Below are positions 49,532 through 62,360 of a stretch of 64,000 nt of DNA, in pieces. The stretch lies in contig NC_082732.1 of assembly GCF_030144855.1 (NCBI RefSeq), positions 16,120,001 through 16,184,000 on the forward strand. The letters run 5' to 3'. The translations under genes and the position numbers were made by a program. How positions within the stretch are numbered: position 1 is the stretch's first letter; the number at the start of each line of letters is the position of its first letter. The notes under the pieces are model-generated. The model was not told the DNA's origin and searched no databases. It saw only the letters and a program-made list of their open reading frames with translations. This stretch comes from Hypanus sabinus. Its lineage: Eukaryota.

Positions 49532-49565
49532 GTCGACGTTTCGGGCCGAGACTCTTCGTCAGGAC
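49532..49565 (-). ncRNA. Hammerhead ribozyme motif, stem II mutated
   Basis: gtc-CTGACGA-AGAGTCTCGGCCC-GAAACGTC-gac. Confidence 0.6.
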
Positions 49566-50130
49566 TAACTGAAAGAAAAGAGAGTAAGAGATTTGAAAGT
49601 AGGAGGGGGAGGGGGAAATACGAAATGATAGGAGAAGACCGGAGGGGGTGGGGTGAAGCTGAGAGCCAGAAAGGTGATTGGCAAAAGGGATACAGAGCTG
49701 GAGAAGGGAAAGGATCATGGGATGGGAGGCCTAGGGAAAAAGAAAGGGGGAGGGGAGCACCAGAGGGAGATGGAGAACAGGCAGAGTGATGGGCAGAGAG
49801 AAAAAAAAGGGGAGGGGAAAAATAAACTAAATATATCAGGAATGGGGTAAGAAGGGGAAGAGGGGCATTAACGGAAGTTGGAGAAGTTAATGTTCATGCC
49901 ATCAGGTTGGAGGCTACCCAGTCGGTATATAAGGTGTTGTTCCTCCAACCTGAGTGTGGCTTCATCTTAACATTCCCATGATCCTTTCCCTTCTCTAGCT
50001 TTGTATCCCTTTTGCCAGTCACCTTTCTGGCTCTCAGCTTCACCCCACCCCCTCCGGTCTTCTCCTATCATTTCGCATTTTCCCCTCCCCCTCCTACTTT
50101 CAAATCTCTTACTATCTTTCCTTTCAGTTA

Positions 50131-50164
50131 GTCCTGACGAAGGGTCTCGGCCCGAAACGTCGAC
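50131..50164 (+). ncRNA. Minimal type-I hammerhead ribozyme motif
   Basis: gtc-CTGACGA-A-GGGT-CTCG-GCCC-GAAA-CG-TC-gac. Confidence 0.72.
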
Positions 50165-51606
50165 AGTGCTTCTCCCTATAGATGCTGCCTGGCCTGCCGT
50201 GTTCCACCAGCATTTTGTGTGTGTTGCTTGAATTTCCAGCATCTGCAGATTTCCTCATGTTCGCGTATTCATTACATTGAAGTTTTGGGGTAATGCACTG
50301 ATATTCAAATTTTGAACGCTAACCCACCAGTTTAGATTAATTTCTGTGAACTGGATACTGCTGACTCAAGTTGCTATATTTAACTACACCATCCCCTACC
50401 CCTTGGCTGACCTATGGCCTTGACTTTATTAAATATCCCCATTATTATTTTCCATCAGGGTTTAAAACTTGAGAACTTAAGATGCTCACTCAGAAACTTT
50501 TGGCTTATTGGACTCATAACCTCCATGCAATGTTAACCCAGTTATCAAATCTTTCCGTGCACTGAGGTGGCCATGAGCTTCTGGGAAAGCTCACGTGAAT
50601 TAAATAGTTACATTAATGACTCCATTATCATCAATAACCTTTTCCATTGGATGGCTCCCAGACTCACTTTATTTGGATAAGCAGAAGTAGCTGGCATGCT
50701 GATACAGTTCTTTGATAAATTGCTATGAGCAGGTGCATTCCGTTGCTTTTCATCCCACATTTTTCTCTTTCTTTGAGAATATTGTGGTCTCTCTGCACAT
50801 TTATTCCACTTTGTTGTATACTTTCAATAGGAGTTCTCTGGTCATTACATAATGCAATCTTGGTGTAAAAGGAAAAGCTTGATAAGGGCTTTTCAGTGGT
50901 AGCACCTATGATTAAATTTGGAATCCATTATCATTTGGACTTGAGTTGCTTTTGACCACCATGCACATTATCAGCAAACAGCAGATGCATACCCACTTCT
51001 GAGTGAGCAAACTAGAAAAACACGTCAATACAAATTGTGTGGGAGATCTGTACTGTAGTTGATTTCTTGCCTTCTACGTTATGCTTAGATCCTTCTTGTG
51101 AATGCAAGGTAGTCTGATCTTGGCAGAAGTGCAGCTTACACTGTATCCAAATGTTGTTTATCTGGACCATGTCCCAAAATGCAGACACTGCCTTTAGAAG
51201 TCTGGCTCTGCAAAGGATCTATATCTTCTAGAGAACAACTGGGAGAAAGTAGAGGTCTGGAATTAAAAGAACAATAACTATCCTCACTACAATTTCAAAT
51301 TAGTTTTAACAAACAAAGACCATGACTGTCTTTAACATGTTTTAAACTTCAGAGTTAAAGGCAGTTATTGGAGCGATATGAACAAGAAACGACAGGTATT
51401 CTTTCCATAGTTTGGTTCATCCTTCATACCTCAGTGAAAGAAAGCATGTTGTTCAGAGTCTTATACAGTAAACAAAATGACGCAAACTTGGTGGAAATCT
51501 GAAGTAACAAGTGTCAACTGTTAGTATGATTAAATGCATCACTTCAGAGTTAAGTTTGTTTTAATAGTCCAGGAAAGTAATGATTGACCTTGAATTGCCA
51601 GGGTTG

Positions 51607-51615
51607 ATATAAATA
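51607..51615 (+). promoter_or_regulatory. TATA box of elastase gene 2
   Basis: atataaata about 45 bp upstream of the ATG at 51653. Confidence 0.6.
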
Positions 51616-51652
51616 CCCTCTGTTCATATGTTGCCTGTAACTAACAACGATA

Positions 51653-51689
51653 ATGAAAACCCTCCTTGTCCTTCTGCTTGTGGCTGGCG
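51653..51689 (+). CDS. CELA3: CELA3-like elastase gene 2, exon 1 (signal peptide)
   Basis: MKTLLVLLLVAG G|gtaagt, 37 nt, phase 1. Confidence 0.9.
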
Positions 51690-52252
51690 GTAAGTTAACT
51701 GATGCTTAAATTTGTATTTCATCTGAACATAATTATTCTATCTAATTCAGTGTTAAATAGGAAGCAGAATCTCCTCTTACTCACAATCCTGGACCCTTCC
51801 CATTGTTCCATTTGGCATTGGAGTGAGACAATGAAATAGCTAGTGTGGAAATGACCAATACTATGAGAGCTCCAGATATTCCTGTATTTGTTACCACCGC
51901 CAAGTTAACAACCAGAAGTAGAATAATTATTCCTTTGGGCTGGATCATTAAAGGAATTTTTTTCTAGTTCTGGTTGTTAAGTCATTGCTCTAGAATCAGT
52001 TAATATTCGGTTAGATCCTCTCGAGTGAGTTGTGAGAAATGACCTTCAAAATAATGAATTGACACAACCAGCCTCCCAGCACTGTCTTCAGTCCTGGCCT
52101 GCAGTGCTATCCGTGTAGATTTTATACCTTGACTGCGTGGTTTTCCGTCAAACGCATCAGTTTTGACCCACATCATGAAGTGTTCCAGGTTCATCGGTTT
52201 CTTGCCCATTGTAACTTGCCCCTCCCATACAGCTGAGTGCTACGCTCTAGGG

Positions 52253-52340
52253 TGGGGGGGGGGGGGTCCCAACCTCTATTTAATCTCTGGCCTCCTGTCA
52301 TTAACTGAGGGCTCTGTGGACCCCAGACTGGGGACCCCTG
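52253..52340. mobile_element. hAT-like MITE
   Basis: 8-bp flanks ctctaggg / atctaggg; termini (G)nTCCC ... GGGACCCCTG, with the left TIR expanded into a G-run. Confidence 0.6.
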
Positions 52341-52815
52341 ATCTAGGGGAAGTGGGGAGTATAAAATGGAGCTAGTGTATACAGGTGCTTGATGGTTGGT
52401 GTGCATTTGTTTGAATGATAGCACCTATTTCTGTTCGCAGTAACTCTGTGATTCTGCGAAACGTGGGAAGATTAAAATGCATATCCTGGAGTTTTTGTTC
52501 TATTTTACTAGTTCTTTACTCAGGATTCTCTCAACATCGATGGTAAGGTGGCAAAATATTATGAAGCTTTCAAGGATAAACTATATTCAGCTTGCCTCAA
52601 GCTGATCATTCTTTTATGCTAACTGAATTTGTTAGCATTAGAAGTTAATCTCCCTCCCCCTACATAAGTGTCCTTTCCTCTTAGAAATATTTTCAATGAA
52701 ATTATGGAGCTACTTTAAGTGTCTTGAATAATTCTTAAGGTCAGGTCACTACCGTTCAAATAGAAATGCAGTTCACTGTGCCAGATATTAACAGGAAAAA
52801 CATTTGTCTTTTCAG

Positions 52816-52901
52816 CCAATGCCTGCGGAACTCCCAGCTATCCAGCATACACCAGGGTAGTCAATGGGGTCGATGCAAGACCGTACAGCTGGCCCTGGCA
52901 G
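52816..52901 (+). CDS. CELA3: Elastase gene 2 exon 2
   Basis: cag|(A)[28 protein letters not shown]|gtgagt. Confidence 0.95.
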
Positions 52902-53197
52902 GTGAGTTAATGAGGAATGCATTATAGATAGAAAAATATAAGAATAACCTTCATGCTGCTTAGGGTCTGCCAGTAGATATATCAGCTTATCTTCAGCTGC
53001 ATGCTAAATGCACGAAGTAGCATTGGCTGTACATTGCCTATCAAAGCCATAGAGTTATACAGCATAGAGACTATAACCGTGGACATGTCGACCATTAAGT
53101 ACTCATCTGTACTAATCCCAAGCTTATGAATTGGAATGAATGCATGCATGTAACTACATAATGAATTTTGTGCAAGACGGCAAGGGTAAATTCCACC

Positions 53198-53293
53198 TCA
53201 GTCCTGACGAAGGGTCTCGGCCTGAAACGTTGATTGCTCATTTCAACGGATGCTGCCTGACCTGCTGAGTTCATCCAGCTTGTTTGTATGTGT
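53198..53293 (+). mobile_element. ~96-bp PLE-derived mini-element consisting of a hammerhead plus short tail
   Basis: cagtc-CTGACGA-AGGGTCTCGGCCT-GAAACGTT-gattg; flanked by ta[a/g]attccacc (53187-97 / 53294-304). Confidence 0.8.
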
Positions 53294-53491
53294 TAGATTC
53301 CACCCTTATTACCCAGTCTATGGTCACACAGAGAGGTTCTCAGTTGGACCACCTGAACTCAGCTGGAACAGCAGTCTAAGGATCCCAACTGCCCTTACTT
53401 GCCCTGACTCAGAACGGGAATGAGAATCATTGATGGTTGTCATTTTCCTAGAAAACTGTTTTTTTTTCTGATGTGCAACAGTTAGGTTACT

Positions 53492-54014
53492 CACTCAGTG
53501 GACACTTCATTAGACACACCTGTACACCTGCTCATTAATGCAAGTATCAGCCAATCATGTGGCAGCAACTCAATGCTTAAAGCATGCAGGCACAGTCAAG
53601 AGGTTCGGCTGCTGTTCAGACCAAACATACGAAAAGGGAAGAAATGTGATCTAAATGACTTTGACTGTGAAATGATTATTGGCGCCAGTTTGAGTAACTC
53701 AGAAGCCGCTGATCTCCCGAGATTTTCTTGCACAATGTTCTCCAAAGTTTACAGAGAATGGTGGGAGAAACAAAAGAACCATCCAGAGAGGGGCAGTTCT
53801 GTGGGCAAAAAGGTGCTGATGATGAGAGAGGTCAGAGGAGATTGACCAGACCGCTTCAATCTGACAGGAAGGTGACAGTAACGCGGATGACCATGTATTA
53901 CAAAAGTGGTGTGCAGAGCATCTCTGAATGCACAATTTGTCAAACCTTGAAGCGGTTGGGCTTCAGCAGCAGAAGACCACGAACATGCTCGCCTAATAAA
54001 GTGGCCACTGATTG
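53492..54014 (+). mobile_element. Tc1/mariner-like non-autonomous DNA transposon
   Basis: TIRs cactcagtggacacttcattag ... cctaataaagtggccactgattg followed by TA; decayed transposase HTH region; homologous to 1136-1615. Confidence 0.8.
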
Positions 54015-54331
54015 TAGCGCAAGGCTAATTTATTAGTGATTCCAGGAAAGGATAAGCAACAGCCTCAAAAGTGTTATTTAAGTGCAGTTGTTAATGTCCA
54101 CACAATTAGGCATTAGATACATTTAAGAAGTATGTGGACAAGTATATAGATAACAAGGGTTTATGGGGGTATGGATCAAGTGCTAGGAAGTGGGATTTGC
54201 TTGAAATTACATTTTAGCTTGAAAATGGAAATAAAAGAAGAGACAGCCAGAAGTGAACAGATGTGTTGCTTGGAACTCGTTCCACAGTTGTGCCTGCTGT
54301 TAAAAGTGAGAAAAGAGGACACATTCAATAT

Positions 54332-54593
54332 GAGCGCCACAGTAGCATAACGCTATTACATCTCGGGGCATTCCGGAGGTCAGAGTTCAATTCTGGTGCT
54401 GTTCTGAATGGAAGCTCTGTACGTCCTCCCCGTGGAGTGCGTGGGTTTTCTCCAACAGTCCAAAGATGTACTGGAGAAGTTAATTGGTCATTGTATATTG
54501 CTCCATGATTAGGTTAGGGTTAATTGGGTTTGTTGGGGATGCTGGGACAGCATGGCTTGAAGGGACAGAAGGGCCTACTCCACACTGTATCAC

Positions 54594-54628
<35 letters not shown>

Positions 54629-54629
54629 A
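54332..54629 (+). mobile_element. V-SINE with (TAAA)n tail
   Basis: tRNA-like head (gagttcaattc B-box), V-domain remnant, CR1-like 3' end, (TAAA)n. Confidence 0.7.
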
Positions 54630-55454
54630 CATGCACATCCTAGTGACTGACATCTATTGCTGTGCTGGAGAAACAGAAAATGTTGGAAATACTCGCCTGT
54701 TTAAATAGAATCATCAGAAAGAGAAAAGGTTTTATTACTAACAGCTTTAATTGGAAATAGAGAAAGTGATGAAACAAATTTTTGGAAGCTGTGTAAATGG
54801 GAATAAGAGAAATAATAACAAGGGAAGGTTTTAATTGCAGGACATTTAAAATGATGATGGCAAAAAAAGATTGGCTATAGAATAACAAAAAAATGCTGTT
54901 CAAAGGAAATTTTCAAGGAGAATACTATTCAGTCAGAATCCTGTGATTAAAAAGCCACTTATATAAGTATGAAGTGTGCATTAGTTAGAATGGCAAACAT
55001 TTGTAGAAAAAAGCAATAATTACTCTGTACATTTCTCTGAGAATTAAAAACCATGATTAATCGACAGTAAATAAAGGGTCTAAAGATAATAAGAGACTGA
55101 GGGGAAAGGTTTATAACGTTGCCCAAAGAAATGATAAGCCAGGGTTTATAGAAGATAGCAGTGATTAACCAAATATATGGAAAAATAGAAAAGAAAGGAT
55201 AAGTTTTGGAAATCTTGTATTAATAAGAAATATATAAAATGTATGAATTTTGCGGTAATATGAAAAAGATGGTAAATAACTTCACTGTGGAAGTTATAGC
55301 AGAATTGAAGGGGAAACAACAGTGGTGCTGAAGTACTTAAGATAATTAAAATCACTAAAGAGAAACTGCTGGAGAAATTAAAACATGGACCTGATAGAGA
55401 GCCTTCACCTTGAGGTCTATCTCAGTTGTTCACATACACATTGGTTGAAAGATG

Positions 55455-55825
55455 AATGAAAGATGGATCTCTCATTAAGGTCCCCTACCATCCGGGCAAT
55501 GCCCTCTTCTCTTTGCTGCCACCAGGCAGGCTTCAGGAGTCTAAAGACTCCATGTTGTGTAAGCTATGCATGATTTACATTAATTTAAATGTACAGTATT
55601 ATTAATATTATTATTATTATTTCTTTCTTTTTGTATTTGCACTGTTTATTGTCTTTTGCACTCTGGCTGAACGTCCAAGTTGGTGTGGCCTTTCATTGAT
55701 TCTATTATGGTTATTATTCTACTATGGCTTTATTGAGTATGCCCACAAGAAAATTATTTGCAGGGTTGTAGATGGTGACATGTATGTACTTTGATAATAA
55801 ATAATAAATTGACGTTGAACTTGGA
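55455..55825 (+). mobile_element. Rex1-derived LINE 3' end
   Basis: HPGNALFSLLPPGR remnant and characteristic tail. Confidence 0.6.
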
Positions 55826-55868
55826 ATGGATCTTATGCTTGACATGCTTGTAATATACTGTGCTGTGT

Positions 55869-56175
55869 TGGCGTGCGGCTTAGTGGATAAGGCATTGGTC
55901 TAGTGATCTAAAGGTCACTTTGTTCAAGCCTCAGCTGAGGAAACATGTTGTGTCCTTGAGCAAGGCACTTAACAACGCATTGCTCTGCGACGACACTGGT
56001 GCCAAGCTGATTGGGTCCCAGTGCCCTTCCCTTGAACAACATCGGTGGCGTGGAGAGGGGAAGGCTTGCAGCATGGGCAACCGCCGGTCTCCTATACAAC
56101 CCTGCCCAGGCCTGCACCCTGGAAACCTTCCAAGGTGCAAATCCATAGTCTCACAAGACTAACGGATGCCTATTT
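55869..56175 (+). mobile_element. tRNA-derived CORE-type SINE
   Basis: A-box-like ggcttagtgg, B-box-like gttcaagcc, CORE-like gtgtccttgagcaaggcacttaac. Confidence 0.6.
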
Positions 56176-56579
56176 CTATTTAATATACTGTGCTACTACT
56201 GTTGCAAAGGGTTTATTTATACCCTGCATATGTAGGCCCCTGAGAATCAGCTTAAACTTGAACTTGAGTTCATGATGATCTCTAACAAAAAAAAACGCCG
56301 ATTCTGAAAGTGTCCTTGCTACTTGGAAGGTAGCATTTCCCAAAGGGGGATAGGCAAAGTGGTGAACTAGTTAACTGGATATGGACATGTTAACTCTGCA
56401 ATCAAAGACACATAATATGAATAAACGGAGAAGCATTTTGGACAAATCTAATACAGTCAATTTGAGGCTATAACTATAGCAGAGTGGATAAAGATTTTCA
56501 AAAAGAAATTGATAACGTACCACATAAATGTTTGTTACATAAAAGTAGATGTCTTAGGGTTGGGGTAATTTATAATCAT

Positions 56580-57300
56580 GATCAAAGATTATATTTATTA
56601 CCGAAGTATATATATGTCACCATATACCACCCTGACAATTATTTTCTTGTTGGCATAATCAGTAAATCTATAGAATAGTAACTATAACAGGGATCAGTGA
56701 AAGATCAACCAAAGTGCAGAAGACAACAAACTTTGCAAATGCAAATGCAAAAATGCAGACTATGTAACAGTTTCTTCCCCCAAGCTATCAGACTCCTCAA
56801 TACCCAGAGCCTGGACTGACACCTTGCCCTACTGTCCTGTTTATTATTTATTGTAATGCCTGCACTGTTTTTGTGCACTTTTTGCAGTCCTGTGTAGGTC
56901 TGTAGTCTAGTGTAGCTTTCTCTGTGTTTTTTTTTATTACGTAGTTCAGTGTAGTTTTTTGTACTGTGTCATGTAACATCATGGTCCTGAAAAACGTTGT
57001 CTCATTTTTACTATGCACTGTACCAGCAGTTATGGTCAAAATGACAATAAAAGTTGACTTGACTTGACTTGAAATAGCAATAAGTAACAATAATATGCGA
57101 TAAGAAGATAAGGAGTCCTTAAAGTGACATCAATGGTTGTAGGAACATTTCAATAATGGGGCAAGTGAGTATGGTTGTCCCCTTTTATTCAAGAATCTGG
57201 GGTAGTAACTGTTCTTGAACCTGGTGGTGCCAGTCCCAAGGCTCTTGTGCCTTCTACCTGATGGCAACAGTGAGGAGATGGTGGAGATCTCTGATGGCAG
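56580..57300. mobile_element. Nested Rex1-type fragments (plus-strand 56757-57070 with (cttga)n tail inside a minus-strand copy)
   Basis: SFFPQAIRLLN remnant (+); LLPSGRRHKSLGTGTTRFKNSYY remnant (-). Confidence 0.65.
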
Positions 57301-57810
57301 ATGCGTAGAACATAAAGCACAAAATAGTTGGAAATAATCGGAGTTTGTGAAGTTGACATGCGGTTGCACATAACAGTGAAATTCCAAAGCAGGTATCCTA
57401 ACATAGTATACCTCAAGGCTGAGTCTGCGAGAACTTAAGAGGCAGAAAAGATTTGTGATTAAACAGGAGAATGTGTTTGAGACACAGGATCAGCCACAAC
57501 ATGCATGAGTAGCAAAACCAGCTCAAAGAACCTTGAAGTCTGTCACATATCTGCTTCTTATGTGCTAATTGGATTTACAAATCATTGTCTGAAATGATTG
57601 AACTTACTACTGTGGCTGATGACTGTCATGGGCCTAATCGAAAGAGGAGGTGCTGTTCATTAGTCTGAAGGAGTAGCATACTGTTTATATTCCATATTTC
57701 CAGTATTTGACATATTTTGCTTTTGTATCGATCAGTATGCCATTTTTCTTTGCTCTCTCTGTCTCCCTGTTTCTCTCTTTTTAGGATAACATTCTCTGGT
57801 TTGTTGCTAG

Positions 57811-57908
57811 GTTTCCTTGCAAGTGGATCGAGGGGGATACTATTCCCACACCTGTGGCGGAAGCCTCATTGACAGTAACTGGGTAGTAACAGCAGGCCAT
57901 TGCATCCA
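57811..57908 (+). CDS. CELA3: Elastase gene 2 exon 3 (catalytic His)
   Basis: tag|[32 protein letters not shown](H)|gtaagt. Confidence 0.95.
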
Positions 57909-58264
57909 GTAAGTCTTTATTCTGCAAGAAAGAAACATTGTTCCCAATAGAGATTTTGCATAAAGTCGTAGACATACAGCATGAAACCATCCTTCCGCCT
58001 ATCAAGATTACCCTGACCGTTAAGTAAACACTAATCCATTTTATCCTCTACAAACTCCCATCAACACCGCCAACATCCTACCACTCACTGATACACTTGG
58101 AGCTATCTGCTGTGTCCTAATAACTCACCATCCCACACATTTCTGGGGTGGGAGGAAACCAGAGCATTCAATCAGAATGTGTATATTACTTGTACATTGT
58201 GTTTTATAGGATTGCTTTTGTAAATATATTTATTGTGTTTTTTGGATTTTTTTATTGTGCTCCT

Positions 58265-58960
58265 CAGAATCTGGTTTAATATCACTGCCATATGTTGTGA
58301 AATCTGTTGTTCCTTGGCAGCAGTACTTTGCAATTCACAATAATAAAAGCTGTAAACTGCAGTAAGAAGTATATATTAAAAAGGTTAAATTAAACAAGTA
58401 GTGTGATAGGAGAAAAAGAAACGTAATGTGGTAGTGTTCATGGGTTTCTGTCCATTCAAAACTTAGGTGGCAAAGATGAAGAAGCTGTTCCTCAATCATT
58501 GAGGGTGTGTCTTAAGGCCTCTGTGTCTCCTTCCTGATGATAACAATGAGAAAAGAGCATGTCCTGGGTGGTGGGTGTCTACAATGATGGATGCCTCCAT
58601 TTTGAGGCATCACTCCTTGAAGAGGTCCTGGGGAAGCTAGTGCCCATGATGGAGATGAGTGAGTTTACGACTTCCTGCAGCTTATTTTGATTCTCTGCAG
58701 TGCCCCCTCCCCCACCATAACAGTTAAAATGCTCTCCATCGTACATCTGTAGAAATTTGCAAGTGCCTTTGGTGATGTACCAAACCTCTTCAAACTTCTA
58801 ATGGGATATAGCCACCGCTGTGCCTTCTTCGTAACTGCATCGATATGTTGGGCCCAGGATAGATCTTTAGAGATGCTGACAACCAGGAACTTGAAATTGC
58901 TCGTCCTTTCCATTTCTGATCCCTCGATGAGGACTAGTGTGTGTTCACTCGTCTTACCCT
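58265..58960 (-). mobile_element. Rex1/Babar-type LINE 3' portion
   Basis: ERTSNFKFLVVSISKDLSWAQHIDAVTKKAQRWLY..FYRCTMESILT. Confidence 0.8.
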
Positions 58961-59745
58961 TTCTTTATGCACATTGTGATTTTTATGCTGCATCAAATTC
59001 AGGGTAGCAATCATTCTGTTCTCCTTTACACCTGAATACTGACAATAAACAATCTTGAACCTTGAATTTGAGCAAACCCATGTCGTCACAGGGAGAAAGT
59101 ACATAATCGACACTTACAACATTGAAAGTTAGATGTGAATTTGGGTCGTTGAAGGTTTGGGGCTGAGGCTCTGTAACTATGCCACCATATCACCCAAATG
59201 TTGCTGTTCAAGCAGCTCATTTCATTTTCCTAGTATTCTACTGTGCCTAGATTAATTCCGCCATTGAAAAGGATGTAAAAAAAAATACAAATTTGTTCAT
59301 TGTTGGTAACTTAATGAGCAATATAGATTTCTAATCTTGAGGATAGGTCTTTCCACACTTCTGTGCAGTGACTTGTGTCTTCAGAACTTCATAATGTAAA
59401 TTGGCTTATTTGAAATCTGCTATCCCCAACTTCATATATGTTGTGAAATTCAAATGAACTGCAGATGTTGGAAGTTTAGGATAAAAACAGAAAACAGTGG
59501 AAACACAGAGTGAGTCAAGCAGTATCTATGGAAAGAGAAACAGAATTAATATTTCAGGTTTGAGATGAAGAATCCCGGAAAGTTAATGCTGTTTCTCTTT
59601 GCACAGATACATAACTGACTGATTGGCTCAGTTTTCCCAACTGATTATATTTATGATGTTCTACTGTATGTCAAAGATCAGAAAGACACTTTTATCTGTA
59701 ATGCAAGGTTCCTTACACAGTATTAATAATTCATCATCTCCACAG

Positions 59746-59874
59746 CTCAGGCCGTGCTTATCGAGTGGTGCTTGGGGAGTACAACAGAGATATAGAAGAA
59801 GGTTCAGAGGAGATTATTTACACAGCACAGATCTTTGTTCACCCTCAATGGAACCCCAGCTGCCTGTCCTGTGG
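59746..59874 (+). CDS. CELA3: Elastase gene 2 exon 4
   Basis: cag|SGRAYRVVLGEYNRDIEEGSEEIIYTAQIFVHPQWNPSCLSCG|gtaagg; 129 nt, as in gene 1. Confidence 0.95.
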
Positions 59875-61261
59875 GTAAGGTGCTAAAATTGTCCTTTCTT
59901 TCTGTCTGCATTCATTGCCAAAGTGACTTGCAGTTTTAACACTTGCACAAATCGAAGGTACTCTAATTGGGAGTGGAGGCCAGGGAATTAACTCTGCCCG
60001 GGGAGTTTGGTAACTTTATGAGATCGAGTCCACCAGATCCTGGAATGATGAGTTCCCATTCTTAACTCACACTGATTCATGATTGGCTGACTCATAAGCC
60101 TCTGGTCCATCACATACCGGTTTCAATTTACGTTGAGGCACATGGAACTTATTTCCAGAGTGGCAGCACGCTGTTTACGTGTTGAGACTACATAAACTCA
60201 GCATTGCAGATCATATATGAAATGGTTACAGGAAGCAAACACACCAGACAGAATCACAGTATGCATACACATACAGATACAAAGAAAATAACTGACGCTG
60301 AAAAATGTGAAGCCACTGACTTGGTTCGCTAAACAGAAATGCAGAATAGTTGTTAATTGGTGAGAGATCAAACAGCGTTGATGTTGAAAGGGACATACAC
60401 GTACACAAACCTGCAGGGTCACTAGCCCTGGAGAATGGTGCTGAGGCAGAGGACAAGCCATGAACTTGATAAACTAGCGGGAACAGCAGCAAAGCACACT
60501 CCTGCTCCTATTTCTTATTTTCTTCCGCATAAATTTGCTAAAATTGCAATGCAAGTTCTTATATAATGTTTCGCCTGCCTCGACTCTTCTCCCAAACTTT
60601 TAGTATATGGTAACATATACATACTTTGAAAATAAATTTATCAAAGTACACTGTTTAGTTATTTCCAATGGCTTCAGATCAAAGTGATCTCCATGTTTGG
60701 TGCAACAGCTTTAAAAAAGACACTTTGACCTTTCGCAGTGCAAGATTTGTACGTTTATGTACCTGGCCAGATTTCTGCCAGGAGTATTGTGTTTTTGACA
60801 CTCAAGTATTTAGTTTTCATTCCCCAAATTTGGTCCAAACTTGAGAGTTTGGGATCAAAAATGTTTTTTAACAAATCTGAAGTGAACTAATATCCTCATT
60901 GCCAGACAGGTGATGCCTTCAGAGTGCAGTGGGACACAAAGAGACAGAGGCTTACTTACAAGACTGTATATTATTTAGACGTTGAAACAAAATTGAAGAT
61001 TACAGACTGGATGTGGAAAATGTTGCATTATTTGAGAAACAGACTGAACATGTAACTAACGAGAGAAAATCTGCAGATACTGAAAATCCAAGTAACACAC
61101 ACAAATTGCTGGAGGAACTCAGCAGGCCAACCAGCATCTGTATGTGTTCCTTGGACCGGACATCAGGTCATTGATCAGGTCATTAATCAGGTCATTGAAG
61201 AAGCACAAAGAAAGAAGCATGTTCCATGCTTAGAGATACATTAAGTGAGTCATGCAACCAT

Positions 61262-61945
61262 GGTTTGCGGGTGCAGCAGGCTATCAAGAAGGCAAATGGA
61301 ATATTGGCCTTCATTGCTAGAGGGATTGAATTTAAGAGCAGGGAGGTTGTGCTGCAACTGTACAGCGTACTGGTGAGGCCACACCTGGAGTACTGTGTGC
61401 ATTTCTGGTCTCCTTACTTGAAGGAGGACATACTGGTTTTGGAGGCGGTGCAGAGGAGGTTCACCAGGTTGATTCCAGAGATGAGGGGGTTAGACTATGA
61501 GGGGAGATTGAGTCACCTGGGAGTGTACTCACTGGAATTCAGAAGAGTGAGAGGGGATCTTATAAAAACATATAAAATTATGAAAGGGATGGAAAAGATA
61601 GAGGCAGGAAAGTTGTTTCCACTGGTAGATGAGACTGGAACTAAGGGACATTGCCTCAAGATTCGGGGAGTACATTTAGGATGGAGATGAGGAGGAACTG
61701 CTTTTCCCAGAGAGTGGAGAATCTGTGGAATTCTCTGCCCAATGAAGTAGTGGAGGTTGCCTCAGTAAATATAATTAAGACAAGGTTGGATAGATTTTTG
61801 CATAGTAGGGGAATTAAAGGTTATGGGGGAAAGGCAGGTAGGTGGAGATAAGTCCATGCCCAAATCAGCCATGATCTTATTGAATGATGGAGCAGGCTCG
61901 ATGGGCCAAATGGCCTACTCCTGCTCTTATTTCTTATGTTCTTAT
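61262..61945 (+). mobile_element. CR1 LINE 3' portion
   Basis: KKANGILAFIARGIEFKSREVVLQLYSVLVRPHLEYCV; CR1 tail. Confidence 0.9.
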
Positions 61946-61949
61946 ATAG

Positions 61950-62360
61950 CAGTCAAAATATATTTATTGTCAAAGTATGTATATGTTACAACACTGAGAT
62001 TCATTTACAGAAAAATAAAGAAATACAACAAATTTATGAAAAATTACACATAAGCAAAGACTAACAAACATTTTGGAAAGTGAGTCTGTGGGCTGTGGAA
62101 TCAGTTGAAAGCTGTGCTGAGTGAAGTTATCCACACTCGTTCAAGCGTCTGATGGTAACAGGGTAAGACCTTTTCCTGAACATGGTGGTGTGGGACCTAA
62201 TGCTCCTGTACCTCCCGCCCAGCGGTAGGAGCGAGAAGAGAGCATAGCCTGGAAGGTGGGGTCCTTACTGATGGGTGCTGCTTACTTATTGAGCGTGGAC
62301 ATACGCTCAATGGTGGGGAGGGCTTTGCCTGTGATGGACTGTTGTATCCACCAATTTCAC
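61950..62360 (-). mobile_element. Rex1-derived LINE 3' end
   Basis: Reverse-strand HLPGYALFSLLPLGGRYRS remnant and tail. Confidence 0.6.

Larger units (their letters stand above)
49477..50262. mobile_element. Penelope-like element insertion with inverted pLTR arms
   Basis: The minus arm (49477-49968) encodes DEATLRLEEQHLIYRLGSLQPDGMNINFSNFR*; the plus arm is 49969-50262. Flanking direct repeat gc[a/g]tattcattaca at 49463-76 and 50263-76. Confidence 0.88.

Noticed and set aside
55869-55945. tRNA gene
   Set aside because: It is only a tRNA-like SINE head continuing into a CORE-type domain; the B-box and acceptor stem are degenerate.
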